In this document: in pieces, positions 7,792-9,569 of the stretch | Position numbering within the stretch: position 1 is the first letter of the stretch | How the letters are laid out: each line of letters opens with the position of its first letter | NCBI GenBank assembly: GCA_026387835.1 | Contig: JAPLKZ010000003.1 | Location: 1 to 9,569, forward strand | DNA length: 9,569 bases | Source of the DNA: Candidatus Saganbacteria bacterium | GTDB lineage: Bacteria > Margulisbacteria > WOR-1 > JAKLHX01 | Direction: 5' to 3' | Position numbers and translations under genes: made by a program | Notes under the pieces: model-generated | Told to the model about the DNA's origin: nothing | The model's input: only the letters and a program-made list of their open reading frames with translations | The model's database searches: none

Positions 7792-8909
7792 ACCAATAAT
7801 ATTTTGGCGGGAGGAAATCCGTTAAAACCGGGGACAGCGCTTGCGGAAGAATAAGCGCCAATATTTTTGACATAAACCATATTACCCACATCAAGCTCGG
7901 GCAGTTCCACACTCTGAGAAATAGTATCAAAAGAATCGCAGGTCGGTCCGGCAAGAGTGCTCAGAAATTTCTGGCCGCGCTTCAGGGCGTTGAACTGGTA
8001 CTTGCAGTGGTCAAATACTATCCCGGAAAAATCCGCGTAGACCCCGTCATCGAGATAATAATAGTTCTTATTGTTCCTGAAAGTCCTGCCCACCACGCTT
8101 GTGACAAGAGTGCCCGCAGGGCCTGCGAAAAACCTTCCCGGTTCGGCTATGGCCCTGACGTTCTTGTCAAAAAGCCTTTTCATCTCGCGTTTTATCTTTG
8201 ACGCGAGAGATTTAAAGTCGATATGGCCGTCGCTGTCAAAGTGTTTTATCGGAAAGCCGCCGCCGATATCAAGCACGGAAAGGCTGAGACCGTTCCTGCT
8301 TGCTTCTTTAAAGATCGCGGCGCTCATCTCAAGCGCCTGGATGTAATTGTGCGCGTCCAGGCACTGGGAGCCGACATGGAAAGCGACACCCATCGGTTTC
8401 AGCCCGAGGTTCTTTGCTTTTTTAAGAAAATGCACGGCCTGCTCGGGATCAGCCCCGAACTTGAGCGAAAGCTCAACGATGCTCCCGACGTTGGCGACTT
8501 TTATGCGGACCAGGACTTTCGCGCCGGGGCAGTACTTGGCTATTTTGTAGATCTCGGGTTCGTTGTCGAAGGTCATGAATTTGACGCTGTTTTTTCCGGA
8601 AAACTCCAAATCTTTTTGGGATTTGATCGTATTGGCAAATATCACTTTTTCGGGCTTCGCACCGAGGCCCAGCACAAGCTTCATCTCATTGCCGGACGCG
8701 ACGTCGAACCCGCTGCCAAGACTGATGAAGAACTTTATTATTTCTGGGTCCGGGTTTGCTTTGATGGCGTAGAACGGTTCAACTCCCGGAAGGTGTTTTT
8801 TAAACAGGTCGTACTGGTTCTTTAATATGCTCTTGCTGACGAGCATTAACGGGGTAGGGTGCTTTTTGGTGAACCTGCGTATGACCGATTCTATTTGCTT
8901 TTTTTTCAT
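7788..8909 (-). CDS. Ornithine decarboxylase-like, fold-type III PLP-dependent decarboxylase (373 aa from the ATG at 8909)
   Basis: 'PFYAIKANPDPEIIKFF' (PLP lysine), 'GSGFDVASGNEMKLVL', 'VGVAFHVGSQ'-like 'MGVAFHVGSQC', 'LDIGGGFP', 'IAEPGRFFAGPAGTLVTSVVG', 'LAGPTCDSFDTI', C-terminal 'GAYSSASAVPGFNGFPP'. I prefer the internal ATG at 8909 over the ORF-track start at 8936 because it forms an ATGA junction with the upstream gene. Confidence 0.92.
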   Translation of the reverse strand: MKKKQIESVIRRFTKKHPTPLMLVSKSILKNQYDLFKKHLPGVEPFYAIKANPDPEIIKFFISLGSGFDVASGNEMKLVLGLGAKPEKVIFANTIKSQKDLEFSGKNSVKFMTFDNEPEIYKIAKYCPGAKVLVRIKVANVGSIVELSLKFGADPEQAVHFLKKAKNLGLKPMGVAFHVGSQCLDAHNYIQALEMSAAIFKEASRNGLSLSVLDIGGGFPIKHFDSDGHIDFKSLASKIKREMKRLFDKNVRAIAEPGRFFAGPAGTLVTSVVGRTFRNNKNYYYLDDGVYADFSGIVFDHCKYQFNALKRGQKFLSTLAGPTCDSFDTISQSVELPELDVGNMVYVKNIGAYSSASAVPGFNGFPPAKILLV

Positions 8910-9569
8910 TGTATCAAGAAATTCCCAAACTGCCACGGGTCGCTTTGATCGAACTTTACATCATTATAATTCTGGTACAGGGCTACCCTTGTTTTTAACG
9001 GTGTCCAGTCTACAGGGGTCGAAACGAAAGGCCCGAGGTATTCTTTTGCCACTGACAGGATATCTTTGTAAGGCAGATCGTCAGGCACCCGGACGCCTTC
9101 TTTGGGGTTCTTTATCATCCAGACAGCCGCGGCGATGACTGAGCATGCTACCTGAAGGGTCGTCGCGTTCTGGTTAGGCACAAGTTCCCTTGATTCATGG
9201 ATGTCCAAAAGCGATCCGACCCACCACGACTTGAAATCATGTCCCATTATAAGGACGCCGAGCTCATCGCGGCCGCTGATTATCTCATCGGTAAGTACCC
9301 TCTGGTTTTCCTGAAGATCGAACTGCCTCATCTCAAGCTCGTGCAGAGAATTGATGGCGACGTCGGCAGGGCAGTAGGCATAATGGACCGTTGGCCGGTA
9401 AACAGGCTTTCCTTTCTCCCGGACGGTCAGATGGTCGGATATTGTAAAAGCTTCGCCGTGGCGCACTACCATCCCTGTTATTTCACCGCACGGTACCCAG
9501 CTCCTGACCCAGGTCTTTATTCCCATCTGTGAAAGGCAGATCTGGTTTCCGGGCCCGCCATTATGGGAA
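8906..9569 (-). CDS. hss: Homospermidine synthase, C-terminal part (start lies outside the window)
   Basis: The frame is open to the window edge ('SHNGGPGNQICLSQMGIKTWVRSWVPCGEITGMVVRHGEAFTISDHLTV...'). Motifs 'KPVYRPTVHYAYCPADVAINSLHE', 'DELGVLIMGHDFKSWWVGSLLDIHESRELVPNQNATTLQVACSVIAAAVWMIKNPKEGVRVPDDL', 'YLGPFVSTPVDWTPLK' are typical of Hss. Confidence 0.88.
   Translation of the reverse strand, partial: SHNGGPGNQICLSQMGIKTWVRSWVPCGEITGMVVRHGEAFTISDHLTVREKGKPVYRPTVHYAYCPADVAINSLHELEMRQFDLQENQRVLTDEIISGRDELGVLIMGHDFKSWWVGSLLDIHESRELVPNQNATTLQVACSVIAAAVWMIKNPKEGVRVPDDLPYKDILSVAKEYLGPFVSTPVDWTPLKTRVALYQNYNDVKFDQSDPWQFGNFLIQ

Noticed and set aside
8223-8825. 200-aa plus-strand ORF antisense to the decarboxylase
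   Set aside because: The composition is what antisense reading of the PLP-decarboxylase would produce; the minus-strand gene has all its family motifs.
8910-8936. Upstream start (MAVWEFLDT...) for the decarboxylase given by the ORF track
   Set aside because: The internal ATG at 8909 forms a 4-nt ATGA overlap with the hss stop, and these first 9 residues overlap hss C-terminal coding sequence. The internal start is more plausible though not proven.
9197-9532. 111-aa plus-strand ORF antisense to hss
   Set aside because: Shadow ORF of the homospermidine synthase coding strand.

Overview
The window looks like a chromosomal housekeeping region from a bacterium, possibly an uncultivated lineage; taxonomy is not resolved. 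It opens with the 3' part of a 23S rRNA gene (1..~930) and a 5S rRNA (~994..1111). After that come: a duplicated 5S-tail/poly-T block associated with short REP-like sequence; a two-gene cassette of a DUF5674-like protein and a small conserved-type hypothetical protein with an ATGA overlap; a secreted cyclophilin-type peptidyl-prolyl isomerase (-); an unrecognised 219-aa protein (-); a SrkA/YihE-like kinase (+); a divergent NagB-fold (glucosamine-6-phosphate isomerase-like) protein (+) closed by a strong intrinsic terminator; a short-type alpha-glucan phosphorylase (+); and, convergent with it, a translationally coupled homospermidine synthase / ornithine decarboxylase pair (-). I see no mobile element, CRISPR array, defence system or reverse transcriptase. 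The most notable signal is in the gene starts. Three genes (1381 +, 2657 -, 3524 +) have a sigma70-type -10 box exactly 6 nt upstream of the ATG, which predicts transcription starting on the A of AUG (leaderless mRNAs). A fourth (5794 +, GTG) is near-leaderless. Two other genes in the window have ordinary Shine-Dalgarno leaders.
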